The notes: generated from the letters alone by a model not told the origin. A DNA stretch of 64,000 bases from Lama guanicoe (GCA_013239625.1 MU053513.1:3274927-3338926), one strand, 5' to 3'; shown: positions 1-13,760, counted from the first letter of the stretch. A program made the numbers and translations.

Positions 1-1479
1 TTTCAATCCTTCAGAATTAAAAGACTTCTTTTGCCCTGCCAGTCCAATAATTAAAACCACAACTGAAAAACCACAGCAGAAAGCACAAAGGAATCTATCT
101 TGTCCTTCTTAATTATACAAGTGTATGCTGCCTCCCAGAGAAATACAAATACAATGAAATGATGGAACAAGAACAAAGACGTACAATAATCCACAACCTA
201 AAGTTTCTAGGGTTTGGGTCCATTATTGTCTTTCTATCTCCTTCCACAGCTGACATTCAATTCCTTTCAATACTGAGAGAATGGTCACTTGTCCATGGAT
301 GTATGTCCACAACACAATAGACTTACCCAAACATAGGTTAAAAAAAAAAAACAGAGCGTACCACGATTGACAAAATTCTGATTCATTTTTCATTTTATCA
401 GGGAGCTGACTAAAGCTGTAGATATGCTTGTTCACTAGGTACTGACTTGTATTTTTGTTTACTTGGTTGCTTGTTTTGAAAGAGAAAGCAAGCTCCATTT
501 GTTTACAAGACAATTGTTACAGAAATACATAATACAATCAATTTTCATTTATGCACTGAAATGACAAGAATTGACAAAACACAGTGATATTCCACACAAC
601 AAAAGCTTTTCATTTCAATATACTTTTTGACCAAATATTTTATTTTAAAAACAAAATTAGCTTTAAGAAAGTATCTAAACATACTGATTTTAGTTTATGT
701 TCTCTGCTAGTCAATGGATATTGACATTTCTAAAAGGTGACCTGAAGAAACAGAAAAGAGAAAACAAGAAGCCTAAATAATATACAGGGTTTATAACCAA
801 CTCTAAGAGGATTAGTCATAGATCTGCAAATATTTAAATTCCCCATTTCCCTCAGAAATCTGTCCTCTGATCTAGCCTTTCATATTGTGATTGAGTCCCA
901 GGTATTAAGACCAACTCATACGCTGTATCAGATCATAGTTGTTCTCAGATTTGTTATTGAGATGAAAAATATCAGTTATCAAGTCCACAAAGAAACACTA
1001 GATTATCACTAAATATAAGAAAGTCTCTTTATTTTGGAGAAAGTTTAGTTATAAAGGTTTAAACTAGCTAGAGGTAACTGATTTGCCCCAAACCAACTTT
1101 TTATGAGTAATAATGACAAGACAGTGATGCTTTATGATCTGCTGAAACCCAAGGAGAACTTCCATAAAGCAAAATGTGTATGGGGTCCTGAGGCAGAACA
1201 ACTGAATAAGCAAGAACACTATAAAATAATCAGACCCAATTCCACTCTTGTGTCCCTGCACAGAACATCCTCTTTGATGGTGAGAGGATATAGCATCTTC
1301 AAGATGTAAAGGAAGAACTATCTCTGTGCATTTCCACACTTCCCCTCCCCAGAGAGAAGATCCAAGAAAGAGACATCCCTTCTGTTTTACTCATTGTATT
1401 CCTAAAGCCTAGTCCATGGACAAATAGTTGGCACTGAATACACAGTGACTGAACAATAAAAAGGGCTGAAGTGAAGGGC

Positions 1480-2450
1480 ACACTTAAGAAGATTCTTAAA
1501 ATCTAGAACGAGAGAAAACTGTAGGAGAAAAAATTGAGATATATAATAGAGACTTCATTAACAGACCAGAAATAAATTCACAGAGAAGAAATAGCAGAAC
1601 TTTTTAAAATTTTTGTGTTTTGGTGGATATAAAAAGCTTACCAGATACCAGGTAAAACTGAAAAGACAAAAACAAAAACAAAAACATCTAGACATAATTC
1701 AATGACATTTTAAAATTTCAAGGATAAAGAAATTTAGAAAACTAAAATACAAACATAAACAAAAATGTGATCTAAAATATTTCCACGAATTAATACCAGA
1801 GAAATCTTACTCAGCATTCACCAAACTTCAAAGAGAAAGATTCTGCAATATACAACCAAGTTGTTGTTTGTGTAAAAAAAGAAAGATATTTTTAGTTATA
1901 CAAAGATTCACAACACATACTCCTAAAATTACCTTCCTAAAAATATTTACTTGAAAGAGGTTGAGGGGAAAATTAAAATTAAAGAAATTAAGTTTGAGAA
2001 AACGTAAAAAGACTTGCAGAAAGCACTGAATCAATTAAATATATGTTGCCTAAATAGTTGTTGAAAATATGATGGTAAAGCATTTAAAAATGGCAAGTTA
2101 ATGAAGTATTGATTTAGAGAACACATCTAAAAATAAAGTTGTTACATTGATAATACAGAATAGAAATAACAATAATGTGAATCTAAAACAGTACATTATA
2201 TCACCAATATAAGGAAGTGAATCAACAGAATACTGCTTATATATTAGCCAATGAGAAGACCTAAAGACATTTCAAGCAAAAATTGAATGAGTCATATTCT
2301 CAAGCAAGCATACAATAAATCCCGAAATAAATTTTTAATGCAAAAATTCAAAACACTTAGAAATATAAAATACCATCACAAAGCAAAGATAGCTCAATCT
2401 TTAGAAATTTACTCAAATATTTTCCATACTAATAAGTTAAAGAAGAAAAA
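1480..2450 (+). mobile_element. Highly decayed old L1 remnant (ORF1/inter-ORF-like); boundaries approximate
   Basis: Very A-rich plus strand with L1-like phrases (aacatctagacataattcaatgacattttaaaatttcaaggataaaga; gattctgcaatatacaaccaagttg). No intact ORF. Confidence 0.4.
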
Positions 2451-3042
2451 ACATACAGTTGATAATGGTTCTCAGATACTTCCTTCCTATAGGAGACATG
2501 CAACTCTCTGGCCCAGAAGACGTCAGACAAAAGGTCTTGTGAAGTTACCTCACACAGTGGGAGCCATCTTCCATGTCCCAGACCCGCTTTTTGATTGCCT
2601 ATCCTTGAAATTATTAGTACAGATGGACATTGGGCAAGATTTCTGATTCATGTGAGTCTGATTTGATGACTTGACCCTTTGTGGTAGATCAGATTGTTGA
2701 TTAGGATTTGATACAAGGATGGCTGCCAACCTATTTGTGCGAAGTGGTGAACGCTTTGATGCAAATCACAGATGACAAATCTTACCAATGAAATTGGAGG
2801 AGTTCAGAAATTGTAGGAAATAGGCTTAGACCCAGGGGAAATGGCAAGGAGATGATCAAGGAGTGGCAAGCAGAAAGTAACAAGTAGCCACCAGAATCAG
2901 TTTAAACCTGTTCAGTGGATCAATGGTAAAATGACTCGGTGAAAATGTTTTCGCAAACAAACCATTCAATAGGAGCTGCTTCCTTCTGAAAGTACCTTGT
3001 CAGGAACAGACTCCGGGAAACCTTCTTCAAATGCCAAGCAAT

Positions 3043-3639
3043 TGTTACTGAACAAGGCTCCTTTGCCCAATGTGCAGCAAGCCAAATGCTGAGGCTCTGA
3101 AGTTTCTAGCTAAGAAAGAGATCATTCACAAGGCAGCCAAATGAGGAGATGGGGGAACAAGTCTCAGATCCGCCTCCCCAAAGGTGGAGAGCTCAAGACA
3201 TTTATAAATAAAGAAGCAGGGTGGTCTTAGACATGGGGAAAGGGAATTGGAGGTAGGGAAAAGGTGAGGTAATGAGTGTTCTGCGCAGGCATATCTGTGT
3301 TCCATGCTTCTTCACAGGACATACGTTAAAAAATGGAGGCACTTAGCCCCATTCCATTACTGTAGTGACCCATAAGTTAGAGGCATTATCTTTAGGGACA
3401 TTTAAAAAGCCTGGTTGATATGTTACCAAAGCTATGTTAAGCTTAGAGGGTATGCAATTAAAGAAAGAAAAAAACAACTGAAGGAGGATTAGTAAAGGCA
3501 GGTTACGAGCAAAGGGGTTTTTAACAAGCTGTTCCGTAAGACGTACTCAAGGACTTCTGTTGAAGTACGAGCTTCTGTTAACCCAAGGAGTTCTATCTAG
3601 GAGCCAGCTTCAGTTAACCCTGTGGGGTATGGTTTTACA
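3043..3639 (-). mobile_element. ERV1-class solo LTR, apparently inserted into an older LTR
   Basis: TG...CA termini (tgttactg...ttttaca); GC-richer than flanks; motif cagcaagccaaatgctgag...caaggcagccaaatgaggagatgggggaacaagtctcagatccgcctcccc resembles reverse-strand ERV1 LTRs (recalled). Confidence 0.6.
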
Positions 3640-4796
3640 AGTAACAATCTCACTCAAGTAACCATGCTTCTACAGATTATGTAAAATCATTTGTACTTCT
3701 TAAAGTCCATCAGTTCCTGAACTCCAAACTTCCTTGAAAGCTCTTTACTAAATCAGCAGTCTGCTCTACTCAGAGTGACTGTGTCTAGCCACCATAGTTC
3801 TCACATAGTAAGCAAGAAATTCAGCTTTCTCTTTTACTCAGATTTTCTTCAGGGACTCTTCATTTAACATTACTTGAGGTTCCCTCAAGGTCATTTTGAA
3901 GATCCTCTCTTGGCAACAGCATCCTCATGACCCTTGGACCAACAGGAATACTCGTTGGGCCCCTTGTGCCCAAATTGTTTTGCCATCTGCTGCCACATGA
4001 CTCAACAATAATCGGAGCTCTAATTTCATTAAATTCTTGTTGCTGATTTTTCTCATTTAAGGATTTGTAACCAGGTTTGAATAAGGGACTTGGGACTATG
4101 TCTTTGATTAAGATAATTAGACCTTTTGCTATAAAGATGTATAATTTGATAAATATTTTAATCATTCAACTGTTTATCTTCTTATTTTTCCACTGGTTGG
4201 GTGGTCTGTTTTTGCATTTGCTTGTCTATATATACAGGGGTCTTGTTTCATGTCTTTGTTTTTCCCTAAATTATCTTGCTTCTGTTATATTCTGTTTGTA
4301 TAAGGAAGTGTTCTATAGGGAACCGAATTAGGCCTCGAATACAATCCAAGTTGGCCCCAACTACTAATAGATGGAGCTCCAGAACCAACTAGATAGTTTG
4401 TGAGCCCAGAGAAAATGTTTTAGTTACTGAAAATTTCAAGATAGCAACAAAAGAAAATTGAAGCAAGTGTGGGGTCCCTCTAAGCATGGGGCCTTGTGAG
4501 ACAGCCCAGATCACACACCCATGAAGCTAGTCCCATGGAGGCCCTTTAGACTGGCAATCAATTTGTGAAAAGATGACTGGTCGTTATTTTCGTTGGATTC
4601 CCTTCAAAGGTTGCCTTCTTCATTTGTGAAAGAAGATCACTTTGTTTAGTCCATATTCTGGGGTTAATGATAACGATAGTTAGCCCCATTCTAGCCTCTG
4701 CTTAGTTGGGGAACTTGAGACAATGTTCCAAAAGTATACAGTTTGGATAGTTATAGTGTCTTTTATTTTTGTAATGAGTTTGTCAGTGTCCATAAT

Positions 4797-4925
4797 TTTC
4801 AACTGGGGTGATTTTGCCCCCCAGGGGACACCTGGCAATGTCTGGAGACATTTTGATTGTCACTACTGGGGACATTGTAGGTTGAAGCCAGGGATGCTGC
4901 TAATAAGCATTCTACAACGCACAGA
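4797..4925 (+). mobile_element. MER20-like hAT DNA transposon fragment
   Basis: tcaactggggtgattttgccccccaggggacacctggcaatgtctggagacattttgattgtcac matches the MER20 consensus as recalled. Confidence 0.8.
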
Positions 4926-7053
4926 TTCAAGAACACTCTAGAAAATGCTCATTGCTAACATGTGTTTCTGTAATGCCTGCTTTTTAATATGCTGGCTATA
5001 TCCTTTTAGTAAAAGTTTAAAAATATGTATTAATGATTACTGATTAATCAATAATTGAGTAAAGTCATCTCTCTCCAAGGATCTAAGAGAAATTTTGTAG
5101 TGCTCATAATGTGTTGGTTTGACTAGTTTAAACTTCCAAATAGCCTTATTTTCCTTAAGGCTTTGAACCAAATACAATCCATATTGACATTTTATATTTT
5201 ATGAATTGATATGTAAATAAAACAAATCAGCAAAATGAGACTTACTTATATATAACAATATATATACATATGTAATGACAAATCAATCATCTAAAACTAA
5301 AGCCACTCCACTACAATGCTTTATAGCATTTCTCATTGCCATCATTTGTACACTTGTTACTTTCCCTACTAATTAATATTTTAGAATTTTATTCATATTT
5401 TTTATCTACCCTAACTTCTTCAATCTTTCTACCAAAATTAACTAGGACAACTCATATAATGACCTTGTCATAAAATTGCTGGGCTCTTAAATTGCAATAA
5501 CCTTAATTCTATCCCCAGGCTTTAATGTGGATCTTGTTTTCAACAGAACTTCCTCGCTCCCTCAGATATATTAAACATTAATACTGCACTCTCTGACCAC
5601 AACTTCCATCCTGCCAGATATCTCACATTTTCACTCTTGCTTCACCTGGTCTTTGGCCATAGAGAAATGTGGTCCCTTTTTCTCCCAGCCCAATCCTTTC
5701 CTGATTTCTCTTCTTTCCTAACCTAGTCCAGACGTCACTGTTGATCATTTCCACCAAAGTTCAATTTGTTTATATATCACGATATGATTAAAAAAAAACT
5801 TACGATAGTGACTTCAAATAAAATTAATTTGGTTTTGTTTGTCTGATTACAAAAGAAACATGTGCACTGAGCAAATATTTAGGAAACAAAGAAAATTAAA
5901 ATCGCCATTAACCTCATTAGAAAGAAATATCCAGGATTAACATCTTGATGTATATATCTTACCAGTTATTTCTACTCAATCTACCTACATGCATACACAT
6001 ATTTTTAAAAATATAGACTAGACTGTATATAATGCTTTTGTAAAATCATGTAGTATGATTTTTTTATTTCAAATGCTACTCTTTAAATAATGATTAAATT
6101 TTTACAAGATAATAGAATTTTTGAAACTTATTACAACAAATTTTATTTATGTAGCAGAGATCTTTTATGAGTATTATGGCTAAAACTATTATAATGTCAC
6201 CTAAGTTCCTGTTACCCTTTAAAAATCTAATCACGATTATATTTCTCTCTTGATTATTTCTGTATAGAGGTCATCTCTTATTTTAAACGCTATTTGGTAG
6301 TCAGAATTTGACAGAATTTTAAAACATAAAGGTCTGTTTTCTTTTCAGTATTGCCATTTTCTTCAAATAGAATATAATATCACCATAAGTCTCTGTATAT
6401 TAATTTTCCAAGGTACATATTTTCTTCTCATTTTCACTACAGTCCTATTTTAAAATACACATTACTGTTTAAAAAAGAAAAGTCTCCACCCTAATAAAGC
6501 CCTTTGAAAGTCCTCTCCCTGCACTTCCTTTAAGCAGGTACAAAAAACAGTAAAGCTGGTTCAGAAGAAGGAGCAGAAGGAAGGAATCCAGAAAACCAGC
6601 TTACTTTGTAAGAGTTAAAAATACAAATAGTAGAATATTTTTAGACACTGGGTTGGTTTTTTTTGCTTTTTGTTTTTGTTGTTTTGCTTTAAACTACAAG
6701 AGAGCACTAGGCCAGTAGTTTTCAAATATTTTTTAGCAGCATTTATTTTGCGAAGGCAAATGTTAATACAAAAACAATACATAAAACACATGAAGTGGGC
6801 TGCTTCAGTTCAAGATCGAGGGAGCCAGTCCCAGACACACCCCAGCTGGCATCTGCCTCACCCTGTGGTGAACTTTGAACCACAACTATGACCCTTAGGG
6901 CTTTGGGGAGCAGCTATGAACAGAAATTTATAATTAAACATTTATTAGCCACATGATTTCAGCAACAGACAAGTCTCACAAACTGTTTTAAAATGTGAAC
7001 ATATAACAAATATAATTGTTCTACTTTTCATATTTTATAAACATCACTATATG

Positions 7054-7253
7054 ACAAACAACAAGAACCTACTGTGTAGCACAGGGAACTATATTCAATA
7101 TCTTGTAATAACCTATTATGGAAGACTCTGAAAAAGAATATGTATATGGATATGTATATGTAGAAGTGAATCACTTTGCTAAACACCTGAAACTAACGCA
7201 ACATTGCAAATCAACTATACTTCAATAAAAATAAATTAAAAAACAGAAAAAGG
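7054..7253 (+). mobile_element. 5'-truncated L1 3' tail (artiodactyl type) with 10-bp TSD
   Basis: ctactgtgtagcacagggaactatattcaatatcttgtaataacc...aaatcaactatacttcaataaaa plus A-rich tail; flanked by TCACTATATG at 7044-7053 and 7254-7263. Confidence 0.85.
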
Positions 7254-7255
7254 TC

Positions 7256-8130
7256 ACTATATGGTGGTTCTATTTTTAATTTTTTGAGGAACCCCCATAC
7301 TGTTTTCTATAGTGGCAGAACCATTCTACATTACCACCTACAGTGTATAAAGGTTCCAGTTTCTCCACATCCTAGCCAACACTTTCTTAAAATTTTATAA
7401 TAGCCATCCTAATAGGTATGAGGTTTATAAATCACTATGGTTTTAATCTAGCAATCCCATTTCCGGGCATATATCCAAGAGGCTTGAAATCAGGATCTTA
7501 AAGGGGTATCTACAATCCCATGCTCATATTCAAGTGGATAAAAAAATCCAAGAAAACAACCCAAATATCCATCAATAATGAATGAACAAAATGTGTCATA
7601 TACGTCTTTAGAATACTATTCAGCCTTAAAAAAGGAAATCCCACCACTTATGACAACATGGATGAACCTAGAGGACATTTTACTGCGTGAATTAAGCCAG
7701 TCACAGAAGGACAAATACCATATGATTCCACTTACACAGGGTATCTAAAATAGGCAAAGAGAATAGAATAGTGGTTGTCAGGGGCTTGGGGGAGGAGGAA
7801 ATGCGATTGTTTTTCAATGGATATAAAGTTTCTGTTATGCAAAATGAGTAAGTTCTAGAAATCAGCTATATAACACAGTACCTGTAGTTAACAGTACAGT
7901 ATTATGTGCTGTAAAATATGTTAAGAGGATAGATCTCATGTAGTAGGTATTCTTACCCCACACCCCAAAAAGACCCACAAGGAAATTTTTGGAAGTGATG
8001 GATATGTAAAGTGCCTTGGTTGTGGTGATGGTATCACCGGGGTATGCATAATGTCTGAACTCATCAGGATATATACTTAAATGTGTGAAATTTTTTTCAT
8101 ATCAGTCATACCTCAATAAGCTAAAAAATT
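7256..8130 (+). mobile_element. Older L1 (L1MA/MB-like) 3' end with inverted 5' segment
   Basis: About 7256-7443 is L1 ORF2-end sequence in minus orientation. About 7444-8130 continues the same L1 consensus in plus orientation to ...tacctcaataagctaaaaaa. Confidence 0.8.
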
Positions 8131-8699
8131 CAATATAAGGGACTTTTACAATATAATTTCGTTTTCATGTACACCAATATGTGTTATTTCTATATTTTTA
8201 GAAAGACTAACTTTTCAAAAAAGTTTTTGGATAGAACTCTGTTCATCAACAAATAAATAGCTCAAAATTTCTATAAATTTTAGCATTTTTTTTCAGTCTC
8301 AAATGTTTCCTGATCTGGATAAGAAATTTACATTTTATGGTTAAGAAATCTGATGTGTTGACACCTTCAGTCAACTTTTCATATAAGCCAAAATATTATT
8401 AATTGAAAAATTACTCCAGGGGTGCTAAAGTACCTGATAAACTCAGAGCAAAGGAAAATATTTTTTTTCCTAAGTGAAAGATATTTTCAAAAATAAAATG
8501 TTGTATTAGTTGAGAAGCAGATGCTAATATAAGGTTAAATGTGGAAGGATTTTTTTTTAAAGGGGATAGTGTGAGAGGAAATGGGAAGGGATCTAGAAAG
8601 GCTGGGAGAGTTGTCAGACTGCAACGGAAGTCCAACACTGAGTAAAGAGAGAAAGGAAGGTTAGGTGGAAGAGACATACGCTGAGGTTGGAGTGCTGCT

Positions 8700-9850
8700 C
8701 TGTGCACTGTGCTGAGACACAGACAAGGTTTACAGGGATGCAGTAGTGAGAGATGTGATTAAACTAGAGACATGCAGGCATTTGGGACTTTATCTTGAAG
8801 GCCATCAGGCTCAAAAAGATTTTCAGTGGAGAAGTAACATGAGACTGCATTTTGGAAAATCAAACTGGCAACAATGTGAAAAATGGTTTGGACTGGACAA
8901 GATATAATAATTAAAGAATCTAGGAAGAAAATATGGGGGCCTAATCTAAATCAGTTCAAGTGATGTTGAAGAAAAGAGGATTAATCTTCCTTTTACATAA
9001 CAAAGAGACATATAGGAAAACTGGATGTGCAGGCAAAGAAAATGGAAGAGTTATGATGACTCTAAGGCTTCTGGCTAGGTAGTAACCGGCTAGGTAGGGT
9101 ATCTGGCTAGGAAGTAGTGCCACTCACTAAGAAAGAAACTAGTACAGAAGAAGGAGTAAGTTCAGGAGTAAGAACTGGTGAGTACAATTCTTGTTGCATC
9201 CGAAGTGCGCACGAGACATTCTAGAGATGATGTGAAACAGGCAGTTGCATATATGTGATTAGAGTTCAGAAAAGAAATATGAGCAGGAGACACACATTCT
9301 GGGAGGTCAGTATCATATAGGGGAAGTGGAAGACGTGCAAGGAGATAAGACTAACCAGGAAAAGTCTATAGAGTGAGAAGAGAAAGATAAATTAAGCCTA
9401 GGAGGACATCAAAACTTACAGAGTAAGTAGAAGGAAGAAAAGCTTTCCAAGAAGGCTAAGCATTCAGAGAGATAGGAAACATTTGGAAAGTGAAATAGTG
9501 TGGAAATCTAGAGATTTGATTTGAAGGGGCTAGTTTGAAGAAGACGGGAATGGTCAAAAAAATCCAGGGAGGCACTGAGTTTTATAATGAAAGAATTAAG
9601 ATGCATCCATTGATTTAATAACAAAGGAAGCATTAAAAATCTCAACAAGAGTAGTCTCTGTGGGAGGGCAGAGGCCAGACTTCAGCTGATTGAAGAGTTG
9701 AAGAGGAGACATACTAAATATAAATATAAGACACATGTTCAGGAATATAGAAAGGAGAAGGGGTAGGAGATAAAAAGAAATGTAGGGTTAAGATAGGTGG
9801 GATGTGCTTTTAATACGAACATAACCTGAATATGTTTATATGATGAGAAA
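8700..9850 (-). mobile_element. Decayed L2 LINE; boundaries approximate
   Basis: Purine-rich tract with L2-like phrases (tttgggactttatcttgaaggc, gatgactctaaggcttctggct, gcagttgcatatatgtgattagagttcagaaaaga). Confidence 0.6.
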
Positions 9851-10099
9851 CAACCAGAAAAGAGATAAAGTTAAAATGAGGTCATACTGAATTAAGGGGG
9901 ACCATAATTCAATGACTGATATCCTTACAAGATGAAAATTTGGACAAAGACCTAGATACAGAGGGGAGAAGATTCTGTGAACATGGAAATTATGTTAACA
10001 AAATATTTTGGTTTGGAACCAAGTTTAGCTTAAGAAATTTTACATTTGGTTGAAGTTGGGTAATATGCAATATTTTGTTTCAAGTCTCCATTCAACCAG

Positions 10100-10786
10100 T
10101 GATGCTGACCAACAGACTCATTTGAGACTGAGACACGAAGGGGGCAGTGCACAGCCATTCAAGGAATAACACAGCAATTAACACCAGGATGGTGAAAGAT
10201 TCCATCCTCAGTAGGCCTTGAGGCTCAAGATGGTGGGAGATTTGACTTCTAGAAGAACTTTAGCTTCATTATATGACCATTGTAATTATTAGCATGATAA
10301 ATAACATGCCCATAGGTGCCATGACAGCTCCAAGGCCAACCATAAAATGTCAAAGAGTGGGAAATGGCCAGCTTCCTAGGAATTCCAGCCCCTTCCCCAG
10401 GGTAGCTAGACTGGTCCTTCCATTTATTAGCATATGAAGCTACCTAGCCCATAAAAACTGGCAACACAGCACCTCCTGGCTACTTCTCGCTCCCTCAGCT
10501 CTGGAGACAGCCCGCACTCTGTCTATGTAGTGTGTAACTACTTTTACTCTAATCTAAGCACCCAACACCCACACCTCATGGCCTTTCTCTTGCCTTTTGA
10601 AACAGCCTACACTCTATGCAGTATGTATCTCCCTAAATAAATCTACCTTTACTCAACTGTGGCTCACTCTTGAATTCTTTCCTGTATAAAGCCAAGGACC
10701 CACACTTGGTGGGGCAAGTCCCAGGGACTCACCAGAGGCCTGGGACACGGCACTTCTCACGCCCCACATCCGTTTTTCCTGCATCA
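10100..10786 (+). mobile_element. ERV1-class solo LTR
   Basis: Inverted termini TGATGC (10100-10105) / GCATCA (10781-10786); TATA-like CATAAAAA (10450-10457); AATAAA (10636-10641); U5-like ctcttgaattctttcctg...aagccaaggaccc. No matching TSD found, so the 5' limit is uncertain. Confidence 0.7.
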
Positions 10787-13119
10787 AGACCAAATAACCA
10801 AGACTAACTAGCCTGACTTCCTTCATTCCTTGGCCTGGAAAAAAACAGGAGTTGTCATTCATAAAATGATTTGGGCATCGCGTAACTGGTACTTACTTCT
10901 TAGGCACTGAGTGATTGGAAAGTTTGTTCTAGTGAATATTTTAATCTCCCCTGTAAAATCTTATTAATCTCCATTATAAATTATTTTGTCCAATGTCTTT
11001 CATTCTCTCTGCCTAGATGATCAGATATTCAAAAATAAGTGAATTCAAATTAATAATGTTTTACTCTAGTCTTTCTTCAATATTTTTTAGTCAATTGCTT
11101 CATTCCCTGCAAATGATTTGTAATGTAAATGAAAGAATCTAAGAAGTCTCAAGTTGGATTCTGACCTCTTAAATTAACTTCATTTAAATAGCTCCAACTA
11201 CAGGAAAGAGCAGACCTTGCTTCTGAGGTAAAAAGAATCACAATTTGAAATGTCAGTTGCCTCAGGCAGCTACATCACATTGAGTTGTATTTAAACATAG
11301 CTTAAAGCTACCTTCACACTGAATTATAATAGAAAAGTCACTGAAGTCATCTCTTTTCATCTGTAGCAGAAAAAGGAAAAAAATTTTAGTGTTACTTACC
11401 AGGAAAAATGGTTCATGTATATATTACTGTCCACTAGATTTACCTTTATATAATATAACTTTTATCTGAAAAAATCTAAAATCATATAAATTATCCAACA
11501 ATGGATATAATTTGATATAGTATCAGTGTATATATGAATTAATGTGATGAAAATATAAAGATTAAAAAATTAGTTCAGTAATTATTTTAGTTGGCAACAA
11601 TGAAGACTGCAGTTAATGATTATCTAATGGAGACAAGATAAAAGCTTTTTGAAGTCTAGAAGTATAAATCTGTGAAAAAAAAACAAAGCCATCTCAGACA
11701 GAATAGATTTAAAAAGAGGATCTCTTCTATTTTAGGAAGACCTACCTAAATATCCATAAAATATTCCCACATTAGGCTACTAATATCCTCTCACCATAAA
11801 TTCTTCATAATAAGTACATTACCTTAAATTATTTGCCAAATATTTCTTAGTCCAAAAGAGAAATCAAAACTACAACTAGAAACAATTCAGAAAATAACAA
11901 AAATGCTTCAGATTAAAAATTATGACCGCAGCCTAAGTGATACTCAAAAAATATATATAACTTCAAATACTTTCAGTAAAACGAACTAAAGAGAAATAAC
12001 AAAGAAAAGAAAAATTAGCAGGAAGCTCTTTTAAAAACAAAAAAAGGAATAATATTTCATTAATTTATTAAGCACAAACGAAAATATTAGTGAAAGACAA
12101 CAGTAGGACTTTTTTAATGCTCCAGCCTGGTGCATAAAACTGGTGGGTTTCAGTTTCTTTTTCTGCCTCGGGGCTTTTCATACGCTGTTTCCCCAAAGTG
12201 GAATGATATCTGCCTCTTCTTTTCACCTAAATAACATTTACTAAGTCTTTAGCAATCTCAGTTTAAACATTATTTCTTCAGAGAGGTTTCTTTGACACCA
12301 TCTGGGTTAACTCCTTCTTGTATATGCGTCTATACACCCTAGCATTTATCACAGTTAGATTACGTGTTCACTGCTAGATTGTAAGCATCACAAAGGCAGG
12401 GACCGTATTTGACCATTTTACCACTGGACCCCTAGTGCCCAATATGGTGCTCTTCATATAATGTGGGCTTGAAATATTTGTGTTAAATGAATGCATAAGT
12501 AAATAAATAATTGAAGCTTTGGGAGAAAATACAATCAAATATCAATTTTCTAGAAATTTGAATCCTCAAATAAAGAAGATTCACAAATACACAAAATTAA
12601 GAATGAGGAAAGGAAAGAACAGATGTTAAGGAAATTTTAGAGAGCCATATGGGTGTCAAGGAAATCTCTCTGAAAAAATCATGTTTAAACTGGTATCTCT
12701 AAAGATTTAGTAAGTCTTATTTACGTGAAAAGAAGAGGCAGATTTCATTCCAGTTTGAGGAACAGCTTATGAAAAATGCCCTGAGGCAGAAAAACAAAAC
12801 TGAAAACTACCAGTATGGCTGAAGCAAAAAAAAATCCTCCTTGGTGCACTGGGGATATTTCCTTTAAAGTCAGTAGCAAGGCAAGGAAGCCCACTGGCAA
12901 CAATTACTAAATGCTAACTTGAAATTTCAAGCCAGTACAATCAACAAGTCAGGAAACCAAAATATGATGTGTAGCTGTTGCACACAAAGGGTCAAATTGT
13001 TTTTATTTCATATGATACTGTTATCCAACTAAAAATGGAAGAGAAGAAACCGAAAAAGGAAAGATTACAACTAATCAGAGAGTTCAGAAAGATATCTGGT
13101 TACAAAATTATGCACATTG

Positions 13120-13760
13120 TTTTGTGTTAGTCTCATTCTACCAACAGTAATGCTATTGGCTAGGAATGCGTGGGGCACTCAGATGGGCCTGTACGACTTG
13201 TGGCAGCCCCCCCAACACATTTCCCCCACCAGAGCCAATGTTGTGGGTGGACCTAAGCTTGTGGTTCTTATTCTGATTGCAAGAGGCAACGTCAGTAGCA
13301 ACCATCAGGAACTTTGAAAAGACAAGGTTTGTTATTCGTAGCTCTTAGAGGATACACGGCACACACCTGAGGGCCAGATAGGGAAGTTGTGGGGGAGCAA
13401 GGTGGAGAGAGAGAGAAAGTGTGGACCTGGGGGGTTCTGCTTTTACTGGGGTCGAGGATGGGGTCCCTAGAATTTTCCAGGTTTACTCTTTATTAGATCT
13501 GAAACATAAGAGCAGGAGTTAGGGTACGGGAAGGGAAAACTGGGGTTACTCGAGTTGTCAGTTATCTAGGTCAACTAGGGCTTTCTAAAAACAGCAGGGG
13601 GCAGCCTGGTTCCTTATCTGATTTTGCTAGCAGCTGTGTCATACAGCTGACAATAAGTTTATTCGAGATAGATGCTTTTGAAATGGATGCCTCAACAATC
13701 CAAAGCTCAATGTCAGGCACTCATAATCAAAAAAGCCTATTGTCAGGTACTAATACCACA
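13120..13760 (-). mobile_element. LTR element, probably ERVL class (MER74/LTR53-like); subfamily and left boundary uncertain
   Basis: GC-richer block ending ...taataccaca; contains ggggttctgcttttactggggtcgaggatggggt (reverse-strand TATA region typical of these LTRs, recalled). Confidence 0.5.

Noticed and set aside
9071..9114. Three imperfect 12-mers (c[t/c]ggctagg[t/a]ag) with short spacers
   Set aside because: Too short and irregular for a CRISPR or functional array; a local slippage expansion inside a decayed L2.
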